From: Octopus vulgaris
Lineage: Eukaryota
Length of the DNA: 64,000 bases
Direction of reading: 5' to 3'
Assembly (NCBI GenBank): GCA_951406725.2
Contig: OX597816.1
Span: forward strand, 63,674,001-63,738,000
A program made the translations under genes and the position numbers. The notes beneath the pieces were generated by a model, which saw only the letters and a list, made by a program, of their open reading frames with translations, ran no database searches and was not told where the DNA came from. Positions 13,981 through 26,820 of this stretch are shown piece by piece (the stretch's first letter is position 1; every line of letters starts with the position of its first letter).

Positions 13981-14643
13981 ATTAAGATTCGAACAACAAA
14001 CACGATAAATATAGGTCAATACACGAAACTCTCGGCTTGCAAATCATTTTGTAACTCCTAGCGATTAACAATGATAAAATATGTGTAATATTTCAACGTT
14101 GATTGGATGGTTCACATGATGAACTTCGTTAATCGATTTCATTTTATAGTATTCACCTATTTCTTTAGCAATCAGAATGTTTTCTCTAAAGAGAAACTAA
14201 TTGTACATTTGGTTGGTGCGTCTCCAATTCCTTCTACGCAGATATTAATCTGCTTCTAAATAAGTAAAGGAGCTGTGTATACATTTATTGGTTTGCCACA
14301 GTAACCTCGATTTAACATATTTATCCTTCACATATTATCTCTCTTATCTAATTTATTCTTCGCTGATAATTTTTTTACTTACTTTTTCTGACAAAAGGAA
14401 TTTTCTCTGGAGCAAAGCTAGATATATTTTAGTTATTTTCTAAGCTCTTTTACTTATCCTGCTTTAGTTCTAAGTAATCGTACATCGATGAAACTTGATT
14501 ATCTCTGTCCTGCTTCTGAACTAGATTTCCTTTTTAATTTTGTTATTTTATTCAATCACGAGAAACACAATCGTGTTCTTATCTGTTCATATGTATGTGT
14601 GCACGTTCATGACTGGATATGAATACGTGCATATATATATACA

Positions 14644-14713
<70 letters not shown>

Positions 14714-14740
14714 TGTATATATATATATACAGATAGATAA

Positions 14741-15024
14741 GTTTCTTTATTGGCCACACAGGGCTGCACACAGATGGGACAAGTTACAAGGTAGAGCTGT
14801 TCTTTTGGGGGATGAAAAAACAAAAAACAAAAGAAACAAAAAAAAAAAGAAAGGGGTGGCGTAGGTTTTCGATCAAGAGGGATCATAAAAGGAAGAAAAG
14901 AACAAAAAAATAAAAAATAAAATAAAAAATAAAAAAAGAAAAAGAAAAAAAAAGAAAAGGAAAAGGAACAAAAGAAAAGAGAAATGAAAAAAGAAGAAAA
15001 AAGGGGAAAAAAGGGGAAGAGGAA

Positions 15025-15030
<6 letters not shown>
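14741..15030 (-). mobile_element. 3' end (T-rich 3' UTR, stem-loop, AATAAA) of a probable Tx1/L1-like LINE
   Basis: Minus strand reads a long T-rich tract, then CTTGTCCCATCTGTGTGCAGCCCTGTGTGGCCAATAAAGAAAC. The family assignment is inference. Confidence 0.5.
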
Positions 15031-15055
<25 letters not shown>

Positions 15056-16779
15056 TAGATAGATAGATAGATAGATAGATGAGTGTGTGTGTGTTTCTTC
15101 GTGTGCATATATGCGACTTCCTTTCACGTACTTTCACTTTTACTCGTATATTACATTATTAGCCAGCTACTAGTTACACCTGCTTCTTAGATTTTAGTAT
15201 AAAAATCTATGATATTCACTAATCTATTTAAATCTAGAAAGAATGTTTTATTTGCTTCCTGCGTATTAATAAATCTTATTAATATTAATATTGATTTATT
15301 GCAGATTAGTTGTCTGGTATTTTTGTTAGTACATCAATGTCAATGGCTATTAATATTAGTGTAACATATAGTGTTAGAAATGAATGGTAGAAATGGTTGC
15401 ATTCCGGACACTACGGATCATAACCTTCTAGTTTTTAGATATTTCTTCTTTGGGCGGCTGTCTTTAAGATATCTTTTCTCTCTTCCGTTTACTAGTTATG
15501 TGCTGATGGCCTGACTTGAAATAAGAGAAACACTTTTTCTTCTTTGATTAATCCAATAATTCTTAAGGGATTGCACTGCGTGGGCTGAAAAGGGGCAAAC
15601 AAATTGCCAAATTTAATAATTAAAAAACTTTCTTTTATCATATTGCTTGTCTTGTGTATCATACATGATGCACTAGACGCATTTTCCTGGCGTCCATTCA
15701 TCGTATATGTTGTTTATTCGTTTCCTGTTTCAGCCACCAGAGTGCCCTGAAACTTATAAAGGAAAAGCTTTATATTACAAAGAACATAAGAAACGAGGGA
15801 AGACAGGAAACACGCTTAGACATTTGGGACAAAATTACGAAAATGCTTTAGATGAGCAAAGGGCTAAATTTTCTAACACTAAAATGGAGAACGAAGAATC
15901 ATATGAATGCAAAAGTTATATGTTTTTCTTTTCATCGCTAAAGAAGGAACACAAATAATGATACGAGTATTTTCATTGGATGAACTGATATCACTGAGTT
16001 TGAGAACTATTGGCCTAAGCTATAAAAAAAAAGTCCGTTATCAACTTAATTTCTAATCTCTCTGAGATCAGCTTGGTCATGCTTGCTTTTATCTTTGAGC
16101 CAAGTATTAAGTTAATTAAATCGATTACCCATCTCTCCTAAAACCTCAGATCTTGTGCCAATCATAGATATGTTTCTTCAACATACAAACAGAAAAATGA
16201 GGACAATAGTGAGTGCCTTCCCAGTGCAAGATTTCATTAACCATTTCTCTAATGATTGAAGTCTGAGAATGAAATAACAGAGATATCAACGGCTTTGAAG
16301 TATAACTATTTATTGTTTCATAATTCCTATTGATTTAGAATCCACACAAAATCACTGATTTGTTGTTATTTCGCAACACACAGCACAATCAATGAATACT
16401 CTGTTACAATCATATGTATGAGACGGAATACAAAATTATTTGTTATCATCAGTTAAACAGTGAATATCTTAATTTATAATGAATAATATATTTTCGTTTG
16501 TCTCATTCAATATTTAGCAAAACTACTTTAAAATTGAGAAACTATATACGGGCAGCAACACTAGTGCACCGTCTTAAACACAGACAAAAGTCTTTCTATA
16601 AAGCAATACACACTATATAACCAAATCTAAAAATCATAATTGTTACTTAGCTTTAAACATATAAACAAAGTACACGTCATTAACACTGGACACGAAACTT
16701 AAATATATTAGACATATTGCCTTAATTTTTAAGGCAAGGCACTGTATTTGTACAACAGATAATTTGAACATTTACATAT

Positions 16780-16940
16780 GCGTAGGAGTGGCTGTGTGGT
16801 AAGTAGCTTGCTTACGAACTACATGGTTCCGGGTTCAGTCCCATTGCATGGCACCTTGGACAAGTGTCTTCTACTATAACCTCGGGCTGACCAAAGCCTT
16901 GTGAGTGAATTTGGTATACAGAAACTGAAAGAAGCCCGTC

Positions 16941-16994
<54 letters not shown>

Positions 16995-17030
16995 ATGTTA
17001 GTGTGTCTGTGTTTGTCCCCCAACATCGTG
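16780..17030 (+). mobile_element. SINE family A, 3'-truncated by a mariner fragment
   Basis: Family A head and core end at CCCCAACATCG, where mariner sequence begins. Confidence 0.85.
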
Positions 17031-17034
17031 TCGA

Positions 17035-17314
17035 GAACGAAGAAGATTTTTTGAAACTTTGCGTAGGCCTCTGAGCAGATATCGTCATGGTTTTGGCAAA
17101 ATTTGATGCAGATTCTCTGCCCAATTTTCTCCGTCATGGTCAATGCGACGATCACACTTTTCTTCCAAGCACTGCTGTAAACAGTGGAAGTGAGCTAAAG
17201 CGCTAAAACTTAGTGCACATGAACAACAGGGTTCAAGGTAAGTATGTACCTAGCGGCTTCACTCACCGTGCTTTAACTGGTAACCGTCCGGATACTTATT
17301 GACCAGCTCACGTA
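17035..17314 (-). mobile_element. 5' end of a mariner transposon (TIR + transposase N-terminus)
   Basis: Minus strand begins TA|CGTGAGCTGGTCAATAAGTATCCGGAC (mariner-like TIR) and encodes MTEKIGQRICIKFCQNHDDICSEAYAKFQKIF, which resembles the mariner HTH start (QRxCIKFC). Confidence 0.75.
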
Positions 17315-18635
17315 TGAGCACAAAGTCATCCGCATCCATGTAGAATAACCTCATCTAGTTTACCATCAACCCCTGAACATTTTCCAGACTTGATTTATTT
17401 AATAGAAATTTTGAAATTTCTGTATCTTAGGATTATTATCTATTTCTTGAATAACATGGAGAAATTTTTCTCTGTTTTCATCTCTTCTGAGTAGATTGTG
17501 AAAAAAAAAATCTGTAAAGTGCTCTATTCCTCTCTTCAGAATGACTTAAACAGCTTAAGTATTGTTAAAGTAAATACACATGTTGAACGGAAAGCAGCAG
17601 TAGCAGACTGGTGAAGACCAAACATCTGTCTTAATACGCGGCAAATTGTATCGGAGTCCTTTTCTGATTATCAAAAGATAGTTGAATTTTTGTGGACCCT
17701 TACACATTCTTCATTGTCGTTAATTTTTTCTTCATCATTGATTCATGGTGCTTCAATAAATTCCCCTGACTTCAAAGGTTTCTTCTTGCTGAGTAAATTA
17801 GAATTGAGAAATTTCTTGTGTAATTAATAATTGATGTTTTAGAAGCACCCATTTTTGAGTCATATGCATCGAACCAATCTTTGTGCTTGTGTGCCACGAA
17901 TCCTGGTTGCTGGCATAAACTGTTCCTTTTTTAATTTTTATTTTTGAAGTCTCATCATCAATCAAATTGGTGATAAACATGCTAGAGCTTCACAAAATAT
18001 GTAGATATTGTTGGATCGCTAAGCTTATGAATATTTAGCCATTTTGAAACTTTTATGCTATTTGTTGCACCAATTACGACAAACAACACAAAAAGCTAAT
18101 AAAGCGGGTTGCTGCAAAGTTTACAATGGAAACTATGTGTCAACCAGCTTCAGCTTTGCCAGCACTGAGGAGTGATTTGTTCAATATGTAGCACTAAATA
18201 AAAATTTAACGCTAGAGAGATCACGGGTGTCACGTTTGGGCTGAAGGCGTCTCCAGGTAACTTTACGCTCGTGTTGTCAGTAGACCACTGTATAGCCTGT
18301 TACATGACTCATCACGGAATATTGCTGCAACAGGCGTGGTCCATAACTATTCATTTCACATACGGTTGCTGTCGCCACCTACACTTGCTATAAAACCACT
18401 GGTTAACATGGCTTTCTCGCCAATCAGCCAATCAGTGCAGAAATAATAACATTTCTAACATTTTGTAGAAAAGAGATGAAATTTCATCCGTTGAGTGAAC
18501 GATTGCTTACATTGGATGGTAACTCATCTAACCAAAGAGTTACGTTTTGCGTTTTGTTTTATTTTTCCTGATCGGAAACTGAAATCAGCCCTCTCTCACG
18601 GAAACTAGAATATATAAATATGAATACACACACAC

Positions 18636-18672
<37 letters not shown>

Positions 18673-18996
18673 AATACGGAGCAAATAATTCAGAAGGGAA
18701 TATTTGTGAAGATCTATACTATTGACTCTATTAATATCTAGTGTAACAATTTAAAAATGATAACAGAATTAATAATATAGGCGATTGTAGTACCCTGCCA
18801 AAATCATTAAATAACTGAAGGATTAAAATTAATCAAAGGACATACAAAGCATGTGTACCTGCTGGAAATAAGAGTCAAAACTCTTATTTAAATCACCAAA
18901 ATACGATTTAAATAAGATTTTTGACTGTTATTTCCAGCATGTAGACATACTTTGTATCTCCTTTGATTAATTTTAATATATATATACATACATACA

Positions 18997-19073
<77 letters not shown>

Positions 19074-19252
19074 CAGTGTAGCGCAAAACTTTTGTTAAAT
19101 ATATATATATATATATACATATAACGGGAAGCTTTATGAAAATAGACAAAAGACGAAGGCAGGTTTACGGAAATAAACAAAAGACGAAGGCAGATGGAAT
19201 ACAAACAAACAATTGTATTAGTATGGCGCTCAGGAAATATAAATAAAACAAG

Positions 19253-19290
19253 TCTTTAACGTTTCGAGCCTACGCTCTTCAACAGAAAGA
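19253..19290 (-). ncRNA. Hammerhead-like motif in the PLE terminal repeat (non-canonical CUGUUGA core)
   Basis: Minus strand: TCTTT-CTGTTGA-A-GAGC-GTAG-GCTC-GAAAC-GTT-AAAGA; stems I and II pair perfectly. Confidence 0.7.
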
Positions 19291-19929
19291 TACACAGAGA
19301 AAAAAACACAGAAAGAAGGAGAGAAAAAAAATATGCGTGCAGAAGCTAGCGAATCAACATGGCGATCTGATTTCGGCCAGAAGTCAAAGATCAAACATGA
19401 GACGCAAGAGCATAATTAGGGGAGATAATAGGGTTGAATGACCTCGCTCCAACGTAAGAGTGTGTGTGTGTATGAGAAGAGTGTGTGTGTGTGTATGAGA
19501 GAGTATTAGTGCGTATGAGAGGTCTGGACGTGTGTATGTATATATGACGTGATGTGTAAAGTCGTATGGTGTAGTGTAGAGAGAGGAGAAGTGGGGGAGG
19601 GGGAGGTAAGGGGGGAGGGGGAGAAAGAAAGGGGAGAAGAGGGGAGAAGAGGAGGGTGAAGGGGAAGGGGGTGAAGGAAGGAGAGGAGAAGAGGAGGGGG
19701 AGAAGGAAGGAGAGGAGAAGAGGAGGGGAGAGGAGGAGGGAGGATAGAGGGAGAGAGAGAGAGAGAGAAGGGGAGTGAGGGAGCAGAGAGAAAGAGGGAA
19801 GGGGAAGAAGGAGGGAGGGAGAAAGAGGGAAGAAGGGAAGAGGAGTAGGGGTGAAAGGATGAAGGACTGAAGAGAAGTAGGGGTCGGGGGAGGTTAGATG
19901 AGGAGGGGGAGAGGGGGGTTAGATGAGGA

Positions 19930-22020
19930 GGGGGAGAGTTGAGACCAAATGGCGTATAAGAGCGAAGAGAGAAGATTAATTCCTGTTCACGGCACAAACG
20001 GGAATCCGGATGGCCTCTGTGTAAGGACAAACCGAACACAGACAGGTGTTGCAAGGAGTGACCGGTGGAGCGGAAATGGCGTGAGACCGGTGTGTCGTTC
20101 GCAAGGCGGATGTCACGAAGGTGTTCCGCGAACCGGTCAGCCAAGCGGCGTCCCGTTTGTCCGATGTACAGGGAATGGCAGAGAGAGCAAGAGACGCAAT
20201 AGATAATATTGCTGGAGGTGCAGGTGAAGGAGTTGATGATGCGATAGGGTCGATAATGGGTGCCAGTGAGGAGGGTGGTGTTGGAGAGGTAAGGGCAAGT
20301 GCGGCAACGTGGGCGGGAGCAGGGGAACGACCCAGATTGGGAGGTAGGGTCAGGGAAGGAGCTATGGACCAAAAGGTCTCGAAGGTTATGGGCTCGTTTG
20401 AAAGAGGGGAGGGGTCGGTTAGGGAAGAGGTGTGAAGTGGACGGGTCGGACTGGAGATGACGGAAAGCTAGAGGAATGGTGCGTTGGAGAGGTAGGGTCG
20501 TGGGGTGGTAAGTGAGGGGAAAGGGAGGTGGGAGACTACAGGGCGGGTTCGGGGAGAGAGAGCAGATACACGGTCCACGGAACGTGCTCTGGCAAGGGCG
20601 GTGTGGATAGTGGTGAGGGGGTATCCACGTAGGATGAAGTGGTGAGCCATACGTTGAGACTGAGTCTCAAAGTCATGGTCGTCACTACAGAGCCTACGTA
20701 GACGGAGGAATTGGGAAAGGGGATGGAAAGCTTGGTGTGTTCTGGGTGGGAGGAAGAGAAGTTGAGGTATGAGTGTGAGTCTGTGTGTTTGTAGTGAATG
20801 GAGGTGGTAAGAGTGGAGTGAAGAATGCTAACCGAAATGTCGAGGAAGGAGACAGAGGTGTTGGAGATAGTGGAAGTGAAGTGGAGGGCTGGATGAAAAG
20901 ATTGAACGAAAGAGAGGAAGGAATCTAGATGTTCACGGGAGAGTGAGGTGGCACCGATAATGTCGTCAATGTAACGACCATATAGTTCAGGAGTGGGACC
21001 AGTGAAATTAGAGAATATTTGGGCCTCAACATAGCCAACGAACAGGTTCGCATAGTTGGGGTAGAACTGATGGTAGAACTCGCCCGTGAACGAGAAGAAG
21101 TTAAGAGTAAGGACAAGTTCGGCCAGACGAATGAGTGTGGAGGTGTCAGGTTCCGAGTTGGAGCGGAGGTCAAGAAAGTGTTGAAGTGCCTGCAATCCTT
21201 CGTGGTGAGGGATAACGGTATAGAGGCTCTGAATGTCCATAGTAAAAAGGATTTTGGAGGAGCCGGGAGGAAAGGAGAAAGAGTTGAAAAGCCGGAGAGC
21301 ATGGTTGGTATCGTGGATGTGGGAGGGAAGAGATGACACTAGGGGGCAAGGACACGGTCGAGGTATTTAGAGATGAGCTCCGTGGGGCAGTTACAGGCGG
21401 AGACGATGGGGCGGCCAGAGTTGTTGGGTTTGTGGATTTGGGGAGGAAGTAAATGGTGGGGGTACGTGGGGTTCGCACAATTAGGTTGGATGCGGTGTGG
21501 GGGAGACGGGAGGACGAGATGAGGTCGCGGACAGTAGAGGATACCGTCTGTTGGTAGCTACGTGTGGGGTTAGAGGACAGAGGGGAGTAGAAGGAGGTGT
21601 CATTGAGTTGGCGGAGAGCCTCGGCCCTGTAGAGGTCCGCGCGCCACACCACTACAGCTCCACCCTTGTCAGCCGGTTTGATGATAATGTCAGCGCGCCG
21701 TTGGAGGGAACGAAGAGCTGAGAGCTCAGCCGGGGAGATGTTGAGGCGGCGTTGGCGCCTGGAGAAGTTGAACCGCTCCAATGCACGCTGACAAGCGCCC
21801 ACGAAAAGATCCACTGCCAGGAACTGGCCGGGGGCAGGCGTCCACGGGGATGGTCGGCGGCCCAGGTCAGTGAAGCAGTCCTCTTCGTTGGATGTGGGTG
21901 GTGAGTCGCGGTAATGCGCACCCAACCGGACGCGGCGCACAAAGCTGTGGACATCAACTCGCGTCTGGAATTCCATACAGGATGGAGTGAGGGGGATGAA
22001 ACGCAGACCCCTACTATGGA
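19930..22020 (-). pseudogene. PLE reverse transcriptase + GIY-YIG endonuclease, frameshifted
   Basis: IIIKPADKGGAVVVW, LFTMDIQSLYT, YGRYIDDI, SFLD, YLNFSSSHP; Cys linker FPCSRPRCRTC; GIY-YIG IYCVSCSLCHSLYIGQTGRRLADRFAEH. Split over ORFs 21170-21976, 20536-21339, 20468-20650 and 19506-20372. The GxAMG part of RT motif B is missing (FYHQFYPNYANLFVG). Confidence 0.92.
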
Positions 22021-22026
22021 CGGAGC

Positions 22027-22100
<74 letters not shown>

Positions 22101-22270
22101 CTGTGTGGTAAGGAGCTTGCTTCCCAACCATATGTTTCCGGGCTCGGTCTCGCGGCATGCCATCTTGGTCGAGTGTCTTATTCTATAGCTTCGAGCCGAC
22201 CAAATCCATGTAAGTGGATCTGGTAGACGGAAACTGAAAGAAGCCCGTCATGTATATATATATATATATT

Positions 22271-23519
22271 CAAGGGTTGGACAAAATACCTAGCATCATA
22301 GCATCATAATTTCGAAATATTTATAACACTGTCAAAAGCTTGTTTATTTTTATGTTTTTTTTTATTTATTATTTGAACTGCTCAATATGTTTTGCTAAAA
22401 TTGCTGTTTCTTTTCATATATCATCAGAAAAAAGTAATTAAAATTCATTAAAATGACAGATCTATTAAACTTTCAAAGAGGTCAAATTGTTGTTGATCGT
22501 ATGGCAGGCGCTAGCATAACGAAAACAGCCGAAATGTTTGGTGTATCCAGAAGTACTGTCTCGAAAGTAATGACAGCGTTTGAGGGAGAGGGAAAAACGG
22601 CCTTGTTGAAGCAAAACTCCGGAAGAAAACCAAAACTTTCAGATAGACCGTCGGTCTCTTACGCGAATTCTTAGAAAGGATCACAGAAGTACAGCTCCCA
22701 AAATGACTGCAGAGCTTAATGACCACCTTGAGAAATCATTTTCCACAAAACCTGTTCGCCGGGAGCTGCGCAAAGCCGGATTTCACGGGAGGGCTGCAGT
22801 CAGAAAACGACTACTTTCAAAAACAAACATTGCAAAGTTTTCAGGGTGGATTAAAAACCTACAGAATTGGTTCCTAGAGCAGTGAAAGAATGTTACTTTC
22901 TCGGACGAGTCATCCTTTAACTTATTTCCGGCCACCGGCCGAGTATACGTGTGGAGACAACGAAAAGAAGCATTTGACCCAGACTGCCTTCTTCTAACTG
23001 TTAAACATGGAGGAGAATCTGTGATGATCTGGTGATGGGGCTATATCTTGGAAATCTGCCTTTTCTCTTCATGGCAGAATAAATAGTCAAGACTATTTAA
23101 GCATTTTATCTGATCAAATTCATCCTATGTTTGCGGAACTGTTTCCGCAGGGAAATACAATCTTTCAGGATGATAATGCACCAGTTCACACAGCTAAAGT
23201 TGTTTACTGAATGTCACGAGGAACATTCTAGTGAAGTTGAACATCTTATCTGGCCACCATAGTCCCCAGATCTCAATATTCTTGAACATTTTAGAAAAGC
23301 AAGTAAGGAATCGATATCCATCCACCACCATTACTTCAAGAACTGGAGACTGTTTTAGCTGAAGAATGGACAAAAATTCCTTTGGAAACAATTCAAACTC
23401 TGTACGAGTCCCTACTTCTTAGAATTCAAGCTGTAATTATTGCCAAAAGCGGTCCTATCCCATAATAAAATTAATTTGTTTGAAATTTTAAGGTGTTTCC
23501 ATTATTTTGTTCAATCCCG
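22271..23519 (+). mobile_element. Tc1-family DNA transposon with degenerate TIRs
   Basis: Left CAAGGGTTGGACAAAATA and right TATTTTGTTCAATCCCG; contains a transposase relic. Confidence 0.88.
22453..23466 (+). pseudogene. Tc1 transposase (DDE type) with stops and frameshifts
   Basis: MTDLLNFQRGQIV..GASITKTAEMFGVSRSTVSKV..SGRKPKLSDR; TAELNDHL..VRRELRKAGFHGRAAVRK; FSDESSF; TVKHGGESVMIW; FQDDNAPVH; WPP*SPDLNILEH. Confidence 0.9.
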
Positions 23520-24107
23520 TAACTTAGCGATTCAGCAAAAGAGACCAATAGAGTAAGTACTAGGCATATAAAGAATAAGTTTTAGGGTTGACTACTTCGA
23601 CTAAAAAACCTTTAAGTCGGTACTCCAGCATGACGGCAGTCAAAGTGACTGACACAAGTAGAAGAAACGAATGTTATATATACTCGTTTGTATTATGAAA
23701 TATTAATTCTAACTGACACAGCTAAATCAAGTATAACGTTTAAATTTTGTTAACATTCCCTCAAATATTGATGTAGATATCTAACAGTTCAGCAGACGAT
23801 AACACATTTTGATATTAGAATGAATTACCAGAAACTCTGCTCCAGGCTTTATGAGGCTGTTACACGCATATTCATTGCATTTAATATTACGCGTAAATTA
23901 GGTAACGATTAATCTTCCGAAAGTGATAAAACCGTGCAATAATATCTGATAGATTAACTGAAATGATACCTGGTAGGTTTAAAACATGAAAAGAGAAATA
24001 AGTGTATAGGATTTTATTAGATCGAATCGATGAATATTAAGCACCTGGCTCATTTATTTTAAATGAAGAAAAGCTGCGAAAGGAAGAAAAAAAGATTGAC
24101 CTCAATC

Positions 24108-24174
<67 letters not shown>

Positions 24175-24354
24175 CGTATTAACTTGAGGTGATTTTGTGT
24201 TTTTAGCTATTTACATATATCTTACCGTGATATATTGCAAAAAATATACAGGGACTACAAAAAAGATTCACACATATGTCCTCACATATATGCATGTATG
24301 TGTGAAAATGTATGTAAGCATGTACATATATTTATGTTTATATCTGTTACAGAA

Positions 24355-24530
24355 TTAGGCCTGCAAGGATCCGTGGGTGTGTGTGGTGAGATGCTTGCTT
24401 CCCAAACATATGGCTCCGGGTTCAGACCTATATAGCACCTTGGGCAAATGCAATGCCTTCTGTTGTAGCTTCGGGCGGACCAGTGCCTTGTGAGTGGATT
24501 TGGCAGATGGAAACTGAAAGAAGCCTATCG

Positions 24531-24588
<58 letters not shown>

Positions 24589-24745
24589 TGTGTACACGTG
24601 CTCGAAACATGGCGGTTCGGTAAAATAGACCGATAAAATAAGTATTAGGTTTGTAAAGAATAAGTCCTGCGGTCGAGTTTTTGTACTAAAACAACCTTTA
24701 AAAGTGGTGCTCCAGCATGGCCACAGTCAAATTACTGAAACAATT
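24355..24745 (+). mobile_element. SINE family A copy
   Basis: Family A head, core and tail blocks. Confidence 0.8.
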
Positions 24746-24755
24746 ACACACACAT

Positions 24756-24808
<53 letters not shown>

Positions 24809-26206
24809 TAAACTTTGAATGTTCATAGCAGTCAATAATATTAAAACTGTTTATCAATTTGTTTGAATGTACAAAGTTCATTAATTTTAGTGGTAGTCGA
24901 CAAGTCATACTGAAAAAAAAAAACAAAAAACAAAAAACAAATGTGAAATGAAAATAGTGAAAAAAGAAATTTGGTTTACAGTTTCTCTGATCTTCTTCTA
25001 GTAGACACTTTCGCTTGTAGTGGTATGTTTGGGATCAGATGTATTTATAATTCTTTCCGCGAGAGGATCTGATTTTTGATTCGTTAAAATACTCTGCGCA
25101 GTAGATTTGAAAAAATTAAGATGTATAAACAAGAGACATACAGTTGATTGCCTCGTATATATAAATATTCAATCTGAAGTGTACCTATTGATGACGATTT
25201 TATCTAGCAAATTATCTTATTTGCTAAACTAAAATTAGAAACCAATTGGTCCAGGAAATTAGTTGGTAAAAGTTTTTATTGTTCATTTCGTTCCTTTCGG
25301 AATTTTATCCCTAATTTTGTGGTTTTAGAACATAGCTGTTCTTTCTAGCGTGATGAATGATGAATCCCCATGAGTGGATTCCTCTTATGTGTATAAATGT
25401 ACACTGTATTATATATATAAAACACGTATATGTATGTATATGTATATATGAATATATATTATATACATACGCATGCACACACACATACACACACACATAA
25501 ACAAATAATACAGCAATACAGCAATATCAAAATACTATACAATATAAATTCTGGGTTTATCAAAATTACCTCCGCTTCTATGCCATGTATCATAACTACC
25601 GAATGGCAACGAAGATCAGTGACACCTGCTTAGCTGAAATACATTGAAATTCTTACGATAGATCAAGGCATATATAGATGGTACTAACATCTATTGAGTT
25701 AACTAATGAAGCTTGCACCTGGCAATATAATAAATCTAGGCCTGCATATATTTTATTGGTAATGCTTGGCCATGTTAATGTAAAATTATATGTGGAAGAT
25801 ATTAACACACATAGCAAGACTTCAGAAGAATGTCTGCCAACAAAATTCTATGTAGGTGGCATTTAGTAAATCAAGGGAACGGAAAAGAGACATTCGGATA
25901 TAGATTTCAGAGAAAGATAGGTAAATTTTATCGTTCATCATGATACGTGTTCAATTATATCTAACGTGTCTCCCCACCACCATCACCATTATCACTGACG
26001 TCACCGTTATCGACTTCTTTCCCAGTACTGACGCCACTATAAGCATTAACATCATCGTCAGTCGCACCACCATCACTACGCTCAACATCGAAACCAACAA
26101 CACAGTCTCCACAAACAATATCAATAATAGCGAAGCCACCAGTAGCAGAAGAACCATAACCAAGAACGACAATAAAAATCCACGATTATTATTAACACCA
26201 CCACAA

Positions 26207-26820
26207 GGCGGCTAGCTAAGTAAGAATCGTTTGCGCGCTGGGCGACATACTTAATGGTATTTCGTCTGCCGTTACGTTCCGAGTTCAAATTCCGCCGAGG
26301 TCGACTTTGCCTTTCATTCTTTTTCGGGGTCGATAAATTAAGTACCAATTACGGACTGGGGTCGATATAATCGATGTAATCGACTTAATCCGTTTGTCTG
26401 TCTTTGTTTGTTCCCCTGTGTGTTTAGCCCCTTGTGGGTAGTAAAGAAATAGGTATTTCGTCTACCGTTACGTTCTGAGTTCAAATTCCGCCGAGGTCTA
26501 CTTTGCCTTTCATCATTTCGGGGTCGATAAATTAAGTACCAGTTACGCACTGGGGCCTATGTAATCGACTTAATCCCTTTGTCTATCCTTATTTGTCCCC
26601 TCTATGTTTAGCCACTTGTGGGCAATAAAGAAATATGAAATGCTTAGTGGTAGTTCGCCCGTCGCTACGTTCTGCGTTCAAATTAAGCTGAGGTCGACTT
26701 TGCCTTTCATCCTTTCGGAGTCGATAATTTGATTGCCAGTGAAACACTGGGGTCCATATAATCGACTAGTCCCTATACCCAACAAATTTGAAGCCTTGTG
26801 CCTCCAGCGGAAAGGATTAT
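26207..26820 (+). mobile_element. Head-to-tail array of three SINE family B units
   Basis: Repeated GGTATTTCGTCT(G/A)CCGTTACGTTC...GGGGTCGATAAATTAAGTACC. Units start near 26207, 26451 and 26637; only the first has a full head. Confidence 0.85.

Larger units (their letters stand above)
19121..22027 (-). mobile_element. Penelope-like retroelement (probably Neptune-type), 5'-truncated, between (AT)n tracts
   Basis: Consecutive minus-strand ORFs give RT plus GIY-YIG, followed by a pyrimidine-rich tract and a 3' pLTR-like region with a hammerhead-like motif. Both flanks are (AT)n. Confidence 0.92.
22097..23665 (+). mobile_element. SINE family A split by a Tc1 insertion (head 22097-22255, tail 23517-23665)
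   Basis: Family A head lies before, and tail CCCGTAACTTAGCGATTCAGCAAAAGAGACC after, the Tc1 element. Confidence 0.8.

Noticed and set aside
17600-17980. Possible decayed Crypton or other transposase on the minus strand
   Set aside because: Only vague resemblance; no catalytic motif seen.
19949-21721. Plus-strand ORFs overlapping the Penelope element
   Set aside because: Antisense shadows of the GC-richer RT/GIY-YIG coding strand.
25940-26215. Thr/Ile/Asn-rich ORF resembling a mucin
   Set aside because: Decayed (CAC/CAA/CAT)n low-complexity tract with no splice or domain support.
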